NCBI RefSeq assembly: GCF_963921235.1
Contig: NC_086100.1
Location: 203,920,001-203,984,000, forward strand
Direction of reading: 5' to 3'
DNA length: 64,000 nucleotides
Origin: Mobula hypostoma
Taxonomy: Eukaryota
Below the pieces are notes generated by a model. That model made no database searches. It was not told the origin of the DNA and saw only the letters and a list, made by a program, of their open reading frames with translations. Each line of letters opens with the position of its first letter. Position 1 is the stretch's first letter. Positions 40,936 through 54,105 of this stretch are shown here, piece after piece. The position numbers and the translations under genes are program-made.

Positions 40936-41879
40936 ATAGTCAAGGTGGTATGATTGTGATCACTGTATCCAAAATGATCACCCACTGAGACCTAACACCT
41001 GACCAAGGTCATTTCCCAATACCTGATCAATTGCAGCCTCTCCTCTTGTCAGCCTATCCACATATTAAGTCAGGAAACCTTCCTGAGCACCCCGAACAAA
41101 GGCCGACCCATCTAAACCACTTGCTATAGGGCGATACCAATCGATATTTAGGGAATTAAAGTCTTCCTCCCTGACAACATTGTTATTATTATATCTTTCC
41201 AGAATCTGTCTCACTATCCACTCCTCGATTTCGCTGTTACTGTTGGGTGGTCTATAAAAACACCAGTAGATCTATTGATCCCTTCCTGTTGCTAACTTCC
41301 ACTCACAGAGACTCAGAGACAATCCCTACATCACTTCCTCCTTTTCAGCGCCTTGACACTATCTCTGAGCAGCAGTGCCACGCCCCCACCACTTTTGCCT
41401 TCCTTCAGGACCTTTCTGAAACATCTATTGGAGACGGCCAGAGGAGGTTCACAAGGATGATTCCAGGAAGGAAATGGTTATCATAAGACGAACGCTTGAC
41501 GGTGCATGTTCTGTACTCGCTGGAATTCAGAAGGATGGGCCGGGGGGCGGTGGGGGAAGGGGCTGGTTAGGATGTCATTGAAAGATTCCGAATTTTGAAA
41601 GAGGTATACAAAGTAGATTTAGAAAGGATGTTTCCCATAGTGAAAGAGTCTAGGACACGAGGCATAGCCTGAGGATAGAGGGTCGTCCCTTCAGAACAGG
41701 GATGCGGACAAATTTCTTTCGCTGAAGGGTGACGAATTTGTGGCATTGGTTGCCACATGCAGCTGTGGAGTCGAGGCCGTTCAGCGTTTTTAAGGCAGAG
41801 ATTCATAGGTTCTTGATTGGACATGACATCAAATGTTCCGGGGAGGAACGAGAACCGGGTTGAGGAGACATAGAAAACC

Positions 41880-43016
41880 CGATTTGCCATGCAGAGACAC
41901 AAAGTAATAAGGTCACAGTAATGCGGACACGCAGGGATACATATACATGGGGATACAGAGAAATAGGGATACAGGGATGCAGAGATAAACGGACACAGAT
42001 TCGGGGATAGTGAAACATGGGGATAAAGAGACAGAGTGATACAGAGATACAGGGATTCAGATTCATAGGGATAAAGTGACACAGGGATACATGGTTACAG
42101 TAATAGAGGTACCGGGTACACCGACACGGGTATACAGAAGAATAAGGATATGGATACACAGTAATACAGGGATAAGGGAGACGGGGATACAGATTTAAAG
42201 TATGAAAGGGGTAAAGATATACCGATATCCAGAGACACGGGGACACAGGGATACAGGAATACAGATAAGCTGGGATAGAGGTACAGAAGGATACAGAGAC
42301 ACAAGGATAGAGAAACACAGGGGTATAGGATTACAGGTATGCAGGAATGCAGAGACACAGGGATGCAGAAACACAGGGATACAGAGACGTAGTGAGACAG
42401 AGGCACAGCGATGTGGAGACAGCAATACAGGGATAAAGGGATACGGGGTTACAGAGAGACAGGTATAGGGCGGCTGGCATACACCAGTAGGTAGACACAG
42501 GGATACAGAGACAGTGTCACAGAAACACCGGGGTACATCATAGAGGATTACAGATAGCGACATACATGGATTCCGAGGCGCATAAGTAAAGAGACGCACG
42601 TATACAGGGATGCAAGGATACACTGACACATAGATAGAAAGAAAGACACAAACGATTCAGAGATACAGCTATACAGGGAAGCAGAGATGCAGTGATAGAG
42701 AGACACGGTGATATCCGGAGACAGGCATACAGGAAAAAATGTGAGATGCAGGTATACGGAGACATAGATCTATAGGGAGATACATCTGGGGATACAGAGA
42801 CGCAGGGACACAGGGATACAGAGATAAAGGGATAAAGGGATACAGAGATATAGAAACACAAGGATAAAGAGACACAGAGATACGGAGACAGGGACAGAGG
42901 GCTACAGGATGGTGAGGTACAGAGACACGGGTATACAGTGATAGAGGGATACTGGGATGAAGCTATATAGAGATACAGAGACACGGTGATACAGCGTGAC
43001 AGAGAGACAGAGAGAC

Positions 43017-43047
<31 letters not shown>

Positions 43048-43107
43048 CAGAGCTACAGGTTTAACGAGATATATGGATACTGGGGTACAGGGATGCAGGG
43101 ATATAGA
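41880..43107 (+). repeat. GATACA-type satellite array
   Basis: Paralogous to 28085-29440. Local (AGAGAC)n expansion at about 43000-43050. Confidence 0.9.
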
Positions 43108-45090
43108 TATGCAGAAGGGACTGAAACAATTGTAACCCTGTCAGAGATTTCCCTGTATTTATACTTAAGTGCTTGTTATGCTCATGTCGTTGGCCGGATC
43201 AGTTCAGTGATTGTGGAGAATGTGCTAGGGAATTACACGGGTTTTCAACGGTTTTAACAGCGAGGCCAGGATGGTGAAAGGTAAGAAATGCCTGGTTGTT
43301 AACACGCTCAGAAAGCTGTGTTTCTTTTTTTTTCACCCGACCGACGAGTACCTGATGCCAACACGAAACATCAGGTAATGTTCTAAAGATTATTATTAAC
43401 TTTTTCAATCCGTTCCCATGCCGGAACAGAAAACTGCAAGCAGACGCCATCTTCTGCCAAGTTTCGGGTGAGAGACATCATGTCTCATCGTGGTTAAGAT
43501 TTCGTACGGCATTTTGGCACATTGTCTAGTGTTTCTATAATCGTATCTTTATTATGAAGATAAGAACGCTTCATAATTCTGACCATGAGGTCAAACGCGA
43601 TGTCATAATAATACCACGGGTATTCATTTTTAAAGTGAATTGTTCACTTGATTTCATTTATAGCTTACGTTTCTTTTTCAGCTGACACTGTCACAATGGA
43701 GGGGCATTGGGAGCAAGGGTTGACCCAAATGCAAGACACATCTTGTGAGGTTAATTAAATTTAGTTTATTGTTTGATATCAGGAGAGCTAGGCAGGAGCA
43801 GGAGCAGCGAACTGGACAAGGACTGAGGACTACGACTAGGCTGGGACCAAGGGTCTGGGCTTGGACTCGGAATCGGCTCCCAGAACTAGAGGCGACATGA
43901 AGAGGCTCGGGTATGGACTCCGAGCCCGAGACTGGGCAAGGACACAGTACCTGGGTCTTGCGTCGGGCTCGGACCCCAGAACCAGGCATGGACATGACAT
44001 GGGCTAGGGAGAGGAGGAACATGGACAACAGAGCCCCGGTCTCGGGAGAGCAGGTACATGGCACCTTGGACACATGCACAGAAGAGAGAGCCGGGTCCCC
44101 CCTTTGAGTACAGGACATAGGGCCGGGACTCGTGGCCTTCCGCGGGGCAACGGCAAGATGGCCTGACTTACCCCACGGAGGTGAGGACAGCACAAGACAA
44201 GACACGACTCCCCGCGGGGCAACGGCAAGACGGCCTGACTTACCCCACAGAGGCGAGGACAGGACAAGACCAGCACGAATGAACACCCGACAGTATCTAT
44301 CTAGCTCCGGCGATGGAACTAGACCGAAGTGCAGGCGGGGGCTGCAGACGAGGGCTAAATGCGAGAGGGGCAGAGAAGGGATTCAGACAAGGGGGTAGGA
44401 CAGGAATCACAGACTGCCAGGGCCAGGACTTAACTCAGAACTGGGAAGCCGCCGGAGCCAGGACGTGGACGTGGTACTTGGACGCCGCCGGAGCCAGGAC
44501 CTGGTGTTTGGAACCTCCGGGTAGTGCCGAGCTCTCGACTCGGCCCGGGAACAGTAGACAGTAGCTCTTGATTCTCTCCGGTGGGTTAACTAACGGACCC
44601 ACCTTGATGAGTAAACTTTGCGGGCTCGCTGCGGCGAGGTAAATGAACGTGGTTGCTCTGGTGAGGAAAGGCGAATTACCGGCACCCGCTTCGGGTGGAG
44701 ACAAGGCTTGCTCCGGCCAAATAACATTGTCACGCCGTAACTTTGCAGACGCTCCCACACCCAACGACTATAAAGCCGGAGACTATAAACTACCGATTCA
44801 GCTGACTGTTAATTGCCTCTAATCACCAAAGTCGAGGGGCACGGGAAAACAGGGAATCAACGGTCCGGATAGTAACATAAACAAGCTAAATTTAAAGGGA
44901 CCCCGATCCGGATCATGACAGACACAGAGTAATTGCTTTGGCGCAAACGTGTTTTCTTGCTCTTAAAGACAGTTGTCCAGGTACTCCAATTTTTTAAGGG
45001 AGCTTTCGCCTCCATCACGGACACAGACGATGCCCTGATATGGACATACTGAGAGACAAAGTAACAGGGACACAGCGGTGCATGGACGCA
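43108..45090 (-). promoter_or_regulatory. Paralogous copy A2 of the promoter module, interrupted by a solo LTR
   Basis: gtatttatact (TATAAATA on minus, 43156-43163) is identical to P0. Module resumes at 44921. Confidence 0.6.
43689..44920 (-). mobile_element. Solo LTR
   Basis: TGTCA...TGACA termini with 5-bp TSD GACAC (43684-43688, 44921-44925). Empty site visible in modules A1 and A3. Confidence 0.85.
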
Positions 45091-45513
45091 GGGAAGCATG
45101 GAGTTACAGGGTTACAGATACGGAGATAAATGAATACAGAGATACTTGAATTCAGGAATGCCGGGATACACAGACACAACGATAGAAGTACACAGGGATG
45201 AAGGGACTCAGCGATCCAGACATAGAGATAGAGATGCGCACATATCCAGAGAACCTCTGACATGGGATAAAAGGATATGGGATACACAGACTGAAGGATG
45301 GAGAGGCACAGGGATACAGAGATACAGAAACATTGGGATACAGAGGCACGGTGATACAGAGACACCGGGATATATATATATATATATATATATACAGGGA
45401 TACAGAGATACCGAGACAGAGGGATCAAGAGACACAAGGATACAGGGATTAAAATATACAGAGAAGGTGGATGCATATGCACATGGATACAAAGATAAAG
45501 GGATAAAGATATA

Positions 45514-48185
45514 ACACACAACATAGAATAGTACAGAACAGTACAGCGCTACGGCCCACAATGTTGTGCCGACCCTCAAGCCCTGCTTCCCATATAAGCC
45601 CCAACATTAAATTCCTCCACATACCTGTCTAGTGGTCTCTTAAACTTCATTAGTGTATCTGCCTCCACCACTGACTCAGGCAGTGTATTCCACGCACCTA
45701 CAACTCCCTGAGTAAAAAATCCTCCTCTGATATCCCCCTTCAACTTCTCACCCCTTACCCTGAAGCCATGTCTTCTTGTATTGAGCAGTGGTGCCCTGGG
45801 GAAGAGGCGCTGGCTATCCGATCTATCTATTCCTCTTATTATCTTGTACACCTCTATCATGTCTCCTCTCATCCTCCTTCTCTCTAACGAGTAAAGCCGT
45901 AGCTCCCTAAATCTCTGATCATAATGCATACTCTCTAAACCAGGCAGCATCCTGGTAAACCTCCTCTGTACCCTTTCCAATGCTTCCACATCCTTCCTAT
46001 AGTGAGGCCACGAGAACTGGACACAGTACTCCAAGTGTGGCCTAACCAGAGTTTTATAGAGCTGCATCATTACATCGCGACAATTAAAATCTGTCACTCA
46101 ACTTATGAAAGCGAACACCCCATAAGCTTTCTTAATTACCCTATCCACCTGTGAGGCAACTTTCAGTGAGCTGTGGACATGTACCCCCAGATCCCTCTGC
46201 TCCTCCACACTACCAAGTATCCTGCCATTTACTTTGTACTCTGCCTTGGAGTTTGTCCATCCAAAGTGTACCACCTCATACTTCCCCGGTTTGAACTCCG
46301 TCTGCCACTTCTCAGCCCACTTCTGCATCCTATCAATGTCTCTCTGCAATTTTTGACAATCCTCTACACTATCTACAACACCACCAATCTTTGTGTCGTC
46401 TGCAAACTTGCCAACCCACCATTCTACCCCCACATCCAGGTCGTTAATAAAAATCACGGAAAGTAGAGGTCCCAGAACAGATCCTTGTGGGACACTACTA
46501 GGCACAATCCTCCAATCTGAATGTACTCCCTCCGCCACGACACTCTGCCTTCTGCAGGCAAACCAATTCTGAATCCACCTGGCCAAACTTCCCTCGATCC
46601 CATGCCTTCTGACTTTCTGAATAAGCCTACCATGAGGAACCTTGTAAAATGCCTTACTAAAATCCATATAGATCACATCCACTGCACTGCCCTCATCTAT
46701 ATGCCTGGTCACCTCCTCAAAGAACTCTATCAGGCTTGTTAACACCATCTGCCCTTCAGAAAGCCATGCTGACTGTCACTGATCAGACCATGATTCTCCA
46801 AATGCCCATAGATCCTATCTCTAAGAATCTTTTCCAACAACTTTCCCAGCACAGACGTAAGGATCACTGGTCTATAATTACCCGGACTATCCCTACTACC
46901 TTTTTTGAACAAGGGGACAACATTCGCCTCCCTCCAGTCCTCCGGTACCATTCCCATGGACAACGAGGAGGCTCAGCAATCTCTTCTCTCGCCTCGTGGA
47001 GCAGCCTGGGGAATTTTCCGTCAGGCCCCGGGGACTTATCCGTCCTGCTGTATTTTAACAACTTCAACACCTCCTCTCCCTTAATATCAACATGCTCCAG
47101 AACATCAACCTCCCTAACATTGTCCTCACTATCAACAAGTTCCCTCTCATTGGTGAATACCGAAGAGAAGTACTCATTGAGGATCTCGCTCACTTCCATA
47201 GCCTCCAGGCACATCTTCACACCTTTATCTCTAATCGGTCCTACCTTCACTCCTGTCATCCTTTCTTTCTTCACATAATTGAAGAATGCCTTGGGGTTTT
47301 CCTTTACCCTACTCGCCAAGGCCTTCTCATGCACCCTTCTTGCTCTTCTCAGCCCCTTCTTAAGCTCCTTTCTTGCTTCCCTATATTCCTCAATAGACCC
47401 ATCTGATCCTTGCTTCCTAAACCTCATGTATGCTGCCTTCTTCCTCCTGACTAGATTTTCCACCTCACTTGTCACCCATGGTTCCTTCACCCTACCATTC
47501 TTTATCTTCCTCACCGGAACAAATTTATCACTAACATCCTGCAAGAGATCTCTAAACATCGACCACATGTCCATAGTACATTTCCCTGCAAAAACATCAT
47601 CCCTATTCACACATGCAAGTTCTAGCTTTATAGCGTCATAATTTGCCTTTCCCCAATTAAAAATGTTCCTGTCCTCTTTGATTCTATCCTTTTCCATGAT
47701 AATGCTAAAGGCCGGGGAGCGGTGGTCACTGACCCCAGGTGCTCACCCACTGAGAGATCTGTGACCTGACCCGGTTCATTACCTAGTACTAGATCGAGTA
47801 TGGCATTCCCTGTATTCGGCCTGTCCACATACTGTGACAGAAAACCGTCTTGGGCACACTTAACAAACTCTGCCCCATGTAAACCCTTGGAACTAATCAC
47901 GTGCCAGTCAGTATTAGGAAGGTAAAGTCACCCATGATAACAACCCTGTTATTTTTGCACCTTTCCAAAATCTGCTTCCCAATCTGCTCCTCTGTATCTC
48001 TGCTGCTACCAGGGCGCCTATAGAATACCCCCAATAGAGTAACTGCTCCCTTCCTGTTCCTGACTTCCACCCATACTGACTCAAAAGAGGATCCTGCTAC
48101 ATTACCCACTCTTTCTGTAGCTGTAATAGTATCCCTGACCAGTAATGCCACCCCTCCTCCCCTTTTTCTGCCCTCTCTATCCCTT
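45514..48185 (-). mobile_element. CR1 LINE, subfamily C, 5'-truncated, inserted in the satellite array 45090-48344
   Basis: ORFs 45576-48319 cover APE (RDREGRKRGGGVALL..IMGDF) to RT (KFADDTKIGG), with frameshifts and a short deletion near 46965. Confidence 0.92.
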
Positions 48186-48344
48186 GGATACAGAGACACC
48201 GGGATAGACATATACAGGGATACAGCGATACTGAGACACCGGGATACGCATATACAGGGATACAGCGATACAGAGACACCGGGATACAGTGATACAGGGA
48301 TAAAGATATATAGGGGCACCTGGCTACAGGGATGCAGGGATACA

Positions 48345-49090
48345 ATTATGCAGAGAGGACAGAAACACTTGTAATCCGATCGGAGATTTCTTTATATTTA
48401 GACTGAAGTGTTTGTTATGGTATTTGTCGTTGTGCGGGTCAGTTCAGTGATTGTGGATAATGTGGTAGAGAATTGCGCGGATTTTCAACGTCTTTAAGAG
48501 TGAGGCCAGGTTGGTTAACGGTGAAGAATGCCTGGCTGTTAACACGCTCAGAAAGCTGTTTTTTCTCCCAAGAGAGGAGTACCTGATGCCAACACGAAAT
48601 ACCAGGTCATGTTCTAAAGTTTACCATTAACTTTTTCAATTCTTCTCCATGCCGGAACTATAAGCTGCAAGCAGACGCCATCTTCTGCCAAGTGGCGGGT
48701 GAGAGACATCATGTCTCAGCGTAGTTACGATTTCGTAAGGCATTTTTGCAGATTGTCTAGTGTTTCTATAATCGTATCTTTATTGTGAAGATCAGAACTC
48801 TTCACAATTCTGACTATGAGGTCACACGCGATGTCATAATAATACATCGGGTATTCATTTTTACAGGTATTGTTCACTCTATTTAATTTATAGATTACGT
48901 TTTTTTTTCAGCTGACACACTGAAATTGCTTTGGTGCAACAGATTTTCCTGACTCTTAACGACTGTTGGCCTGGTACTCCAATGTTTTAAGAGAGCTTTG
49001 GCCTCCATCACGCAAACAGACCATGCTTTGATATAGACATACCGAGAGAGAAAGTAACGGGGACACAGGGGTGCAGCGTCGCAGGGAAAC
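48345..49090 (-). promoter_or_regulatory. Paralogous copy A3 of the promoter module
   Basis: Closely matches A1/A2. Original TATA altered, but minus-strand TATAAA is present at 48391-48396. Confidence 0.55.
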
Positions 49091-49985
49091 AGAGCTACAG
49101 GGATACAGAGACTAGGGATACAGGGATACGGAGATAATTGAATACAGAGATACAGGTATGCAGAGATACATGAATTCAGGGATACACAGACAGGGATACA
49201 GGTAGACAGGGATGCAGAGACTCTGCGATTCAGACGCAGAAATAGAGAGACGTCCATATCCAGAGAGTCCCTGATATGGAATAAAAGGATACGAGGATAC
49301 ACAGACTGAGGGATGCAGAGGCTCACAAATACAGTGATACAGAGACTCCGGGATGCAGAGGCACGGGGATACAGACACACCGGGATACACATGCACAGGG
49401 ATACAGAGATACAGAGCCAGAGGGATCAAGAGACACAAGGATACAGGGATTCCAGGATACAGAGAGAGGTGGATACATATGCACATAGATACAGAGACAG
49501 AGGGATAGAGATATACAGCGATACAGAGATAAAGGGACAGAGCGATACCGAGATACAGTGATGTAGAATCAGGGATATAGAGAAAGAAGAATAAAGAGGC
49601 ACGGGGATACAAGTGGGATAGAAGACATAGGGGTAGAGCGATTCAGGTATACAGTGATGTAGAGACAGGGATACAGAGGAAGAAGGATAGAGAGACACAG
49701 GAATAGAGCGATAAAGGGATGCAGTGATGTAGAGACAGCGATATAGGGAATGAAAGGCGCAGAGGCACAGGGATACAGAGTCAGAGGAATTGAGCGATGC
49801 GGGGATGCAGTGATGTCGAGACATGGGATACAGAGAAAGGATGATACAGAGGCACAGTGTTACAGAAACACAGAGATAGAAAGATACAGCCATATATGGA
49901 TAGCAAAATACGGAGTCACAGAAAATGAGCGATATAAAGAGACAGGCATACAGGGAAACGGGCAGTGAGTAACAGAGGATAAACC
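49090..49985 (+). repeat. GATACA-type satellite array
   Basis: Paralogous to 30175-31195. Confidence 0.9.
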
Positions 49986-49994
49986 TATACATTG

Positions 49995-50720
49995 GGAACT
50001 GCTAGATCTGCAGTGTTGGAGATTCAGCAATAGGCAGGGCGCGTTGTCGGGATCCAGTTCGCGATTATAGAGAGTATTTTACGTTATTGCGCTGGGTTTT
50101 CAGCTGTTCTGAGATTGAGACCCGGTTAGTGGCGGTGTGATATACCTCATACGTGCAGAAGTCATTTCCTTCCGAGAGAGGAGTAGCCGTTGCCAATCCG
50201 AAATATCAGACGATGTTCTGAAGTTTATCATTAACGTGATCGATTCTGCTCCATGCCAGAACAATAATCCTCAACCACACGCCATATCAGTTTGGCACAT
50301 TGTCCGGTATCTCTCCAATCGGTCCTTCATTGCTAAGATCTGATACTTTCACAATTCTGACTATGCAGTGACACGGGACGAAATAGCAGCACTATTCACC
50401 GTATTCCAGCCGCAGGTTATTCATTGTTTTCAGTAAATTGTTCATTCGTTTTATTTATAGCTTTTTCTTTACACTTTACGCAGTAAAATGTCTTTGGCGC
50501 AATACAGCCAAAGATCCACATGGCACAGAATTGGTCTCATTGGTCTATATTCTGTTGCCGAACACTAAGGGTATATCTCATTTTACTCGTAGCTTGCCCA
50601 AAGTTTTGTGACTCTGAAATATTATTGTTCAGCAACACGAGGTGTTATGAGAGCTTTCGCCTCCCTCACACACTCAGACCGCGCTCTCTAGACCCAATGA
50701 ATACTCAAGATGAAGAAAGT
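49995..50720 (-). promoter_or_regulatory. Paralogous copy B2 of the promoter module (no TATA)
   Basis: Closely matches B1 (31200-31930). Confidence 0.5.
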
Positions 50721-52151
50721 TGAAGATCTTCTAGATAATATTCGAGTAGCACGTTGTCTAATTTCTATTTCATCAACACATCTCTGGTTTAGCCACAGCT
50801 AAAATACAGGGTATGTTGTCGTCATGTTGGGAAAACGGGGTGGCTGCAATGAAGAACATGCAAGGGATATTCTCCGGCATGTAGTCGGTGATGGACTTCT
50901 GTAACTACAGATATACTCTGGGAATATTTGGTTTTGATCAACTGTACCTCAATCACATTCTTCTTTCGGCTACTTTTCTCTGACATTTTACTTCTTTACC
51001 CATATACCGTTTGGTCATGGATATCACCTTGCGAAGGATGTTTCCGACTCTCATTGAGTCAGTCGCTGGGAGGGATGTGTACTACCATTTAATCTCTTTC
51101 TACACCTCCACTCTTTTACCCATAGCTAAAACACTCTTTACCGATCGTTATTTTGCAGAATAGGCTGTACACCCTCTCCAGGCGATTCAGTCGTGTCGTT
51201 TTGATTACGAGCGAATTTACATGCAATGCGCCAACTGTGAGGTAACGAATTTGCCATGATGATGTAAGGTGACCTCCATGCTATTGTATTGGATATGCCT
51301 CCAAATGGAAACTTCTCTTCCCTACGCCATGTATTGCGGCTATCCTCCTTCATTTGTGATATGCAGTTGGCATACGCTGCAGGAATAGCTGGTGATGCAC
51401 GCTCGGCGGACTGCCTTTCCATCCGTCGTGGTGGGTCAGTACGATGGAACCTTTATGCTCCGCCAGTCGTATCTCATGCCGACGTTATGACTTAAGTCTC
51501 ATTTCTGTGTGGTTATTAATGCTCACACACGGGAGGGCAGGTCTCTTCTAATTCTCAGATATAGATCCCCTTTCCAATGTGACATGGCATAACGTGGCAC
51601 CGTTTTGCTATTTCTGTTATATTTAACACACGACGATGTCCGCGCTGACCAATTCTGAAACATTTGACATGACAACAGTAGGCGCAGCATATTGAGAGTT
51701 TTAAAGTTATGGAAATCATGTGATTTCGCTGTTAAATGCGAGAATCTTTTCTCTGGAAGGGGAACGTTCACGCCTCTTTGTTTATTGTTTGCTTGTGGGG
51801 CATGATAGCGGCCAATGTGGATGAGAAACGACGAAGAATAAGATTGGTATAGTTATATCAGTCGAAGGGCATGACCACATCCACAGTGACATGAGGGTCA
51901 TCTGTGATTAATGTAAGGGGTCGGTTTCAGAAAACAACTGAAACTAATGGGCAGATTAAATACCAAAATTTCCCAGCATGGAAATGCACACGGATTTTTC
52001 CACTGACATTCCAGCTCATCTCCCTTCTCGCTATTGGCATTTTGTGTTATTTCTTGTAGCAGCATTATTTTCATCTATTGTTCACTCTATGTGTTCGTTT
52101 TGATTTTGCAAAATTTACAAAAAAGAAAGAAACTATTAGATTTTTTATTAA

Positions 52152-52321
52152 ACAACACACATAAAAGTTGCTGGTGAATGTAGCAGGCCAGGCAGCATCT
52201 CTAGGAAGAGGTGCAGTCGATGTTTCAGGCCGAGACCCTTCGTCAGGACTAACTGCTGCGTTCACCAGCAACTTTGATGTGTGTTGCTTGAATTTCCAGC
52301 ATCTGCAGAATTCCTGTTGTT
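52152..52321. mobile_element. Penelope-derived fold-back mini-element with one hammerhead motif
   Basis: Inverted arms caacacacat.aaagttgctggtgaa / ttcaccagcaactttgatgtgtgttg. Motif at 52215-52250 (-). 16-bp TSD with one mismatch (52136-52151, 52322-52337). Confidence 0.85.
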
Positions 52322-52500
52322 TTAGACTTTTTATTAAGTCTGAAAGCAAGTTATGGCTAATAGCGGATGTCTGTCTGTGGGTGAAGCTGGTTGCCACATT
52401 TTCCTTCATGGATTAAATACACTTGTTATATAAGGCAAATGCATGATATTCGCGAAAACAAAGCGGCCTGAAATGGCAATAACTTCTATCCGCAATGCCC

Positions 52501-52502
<2 letters not shown>

Positions 52503-52536
<34 letters not shown>
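52503..52536 (+). repeat. (GT)n microsatellite
   Basis: Pure GT run. Confidence 0.95.
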
Positions 52537-52538
<2 letters not shown>

Positions 52539-53374
52539 TCCCGTGGCTTCATTAACTCTAATAAATCATATCAGATCAGTTTCTGTGATCCAGTTATTTT
52601 AAAACCATGTTGTTTTATTCCTGAATCTGTTCCCGATAAATATTTTGTTTGGGAAGTCTCACGCTTTCTTACCGTTCATAAAACGCTGTACAGCCAGACC
52701 CTGTTGTCCAACGATATAAGGATAACCGGAATATAGTGTTAACAGTCTGAATCTTGATATAACTTGAGTCTGTACAACAACCACATGACAGTTCCACGTT
52801 GCAGTATAAATGATCGACATTAAATACAATTTTCATTCAATATGTGTAAATATGTTGTCCTAGGAGCGATTTTCATTGCACCATGACACAACTGGTATCA
52901 ATTGTTTACCTTGAAGTGTTTGTTCAGTGGACTGTCTGTAATGCGACTAAATAGATGTCTTAGTCTTTGATGGAAATCCAAATGAACACCGCTAAGTGGA
53001 AGAAGTTATTCAGGTCGAGCTGTGAAATTGAGTTACCGACGAAATGGGCGATGATTTTCGAGATGCATCTTTTCCCTGTTGCCGTGTAATCCGTAGAAAA
53101 ACCAACATCGTTAAGAAAAAGAACAGATTCTCCCGCTCCCTAAAGGGAAACATTAATGAGCGATGCCATCCGGTTTCTAAATGGATGTAAATCCCTAAAA
53201 ACTACTTCAGTATTTTCCTTCTTTTTACTCCTTCTTTACTTTAATTTGTTCTTTTATATATACTCTTATTGTAATGTATAGTTTTTTTATTATTCATTGT
53301 AAGTTTTGCGGCCGGTAAACAATATTATTCACGATATATGCCAATGATATTAAACCTGATTTAGACTCTGATTC

Positions 53375-54105
53375 CGAATGTGGATGAACAGAGGGGCGTT
53401 GGGGTTCAAATCCATACATCCCTCAAGGTCGCTGCACAGGTCGATAGGGTAGTTAAGAAGGCCGATGGGATGCTAGGCTTCATTAATTGGCAGATTGAGT
53501 TCAAGAGTTGAGAGGCCATGTTGCAACTCTACAAATCTCTGGTGAGACCACACTTAGAGTATTGTGTTCAGTTCTGGTCACCTCACTATAGGAAGGATGT
53601 GTAAGCTATGGAGAGAGTGCAGAGGAGATTTACCAGGATGTTGCCAGGATGTTGGATGGATTGGAAAACAAGTCTTATGAGGTAAGGTTAGCAGAGCTGG
53701 GACTTCTCTCTTTGGAGCGTAGAAGGATGAAAGGGGATTTGATAGAGGTCTATAGCATTATGAAAGGCATAGGTAGGGTGGATAGCCGGTACCTGTTTCC
53801 CAGTGTACGAATAGCAAACACTACAGGGCATATGTACAAAGCTAAGGAAGGGAAATTTAGGGGTATGTTTTATACACAGAGGGTTGTGGGTGCCTGGAAT
53901 AACTTGCCAGGGATGGTGGTGGAGGCTAAAGCATTAGGGGTATTTAAGAGCCACTGGGACAGGCACATAGATAAAAGCAAAATAGAGGGTTACGGGGTAG
54001 TGTGGGTTTAGTACGTTTTTTTAAGGATTATATGGGTCGGCACAACATCGAGGGCAGAAGGGCCTGTACTATGCTGTAGCATTCTAGTGTCTAGTGTCTA
54101 GTGTC
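53375..54105 (+). mobile_element. CR1 3' fragment
   Basis: [14 protein letters not shown] and ORF 53649-54011. (TCTAGTG)n tail. Confidence 0.88.

Larger units (their letters stand above)
37520..41420 (-). mobile_element. Old CR1 ORF2, interrupted by a Penelope fold-back element and a Rex1-type LINE
   Basis: VPLFKK..PGNYRPVSLTS..SQHG (37386-37727), FNWSKDKYE (38537-38776). APE region resumes after 40935. Confidence 0.8.
41060..51680 (+). repeat. Segmental duplication, copy 2 (one extra satellite+module unit, plus LTR and CR1 insertions)
   Basis: Colinear with 27295-32900. Contains modules A2, A3 and B2. Confidence 0.9.

Noticed and set aside
42095..49992. Cys-rich keratin-associated-like ORFs in the satellite arrays
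   Set aside because: The same peptide pattern appears in all three frames because of the 8-nt period, and starts and ends are not conserved between paralogues. Not called as CDS.
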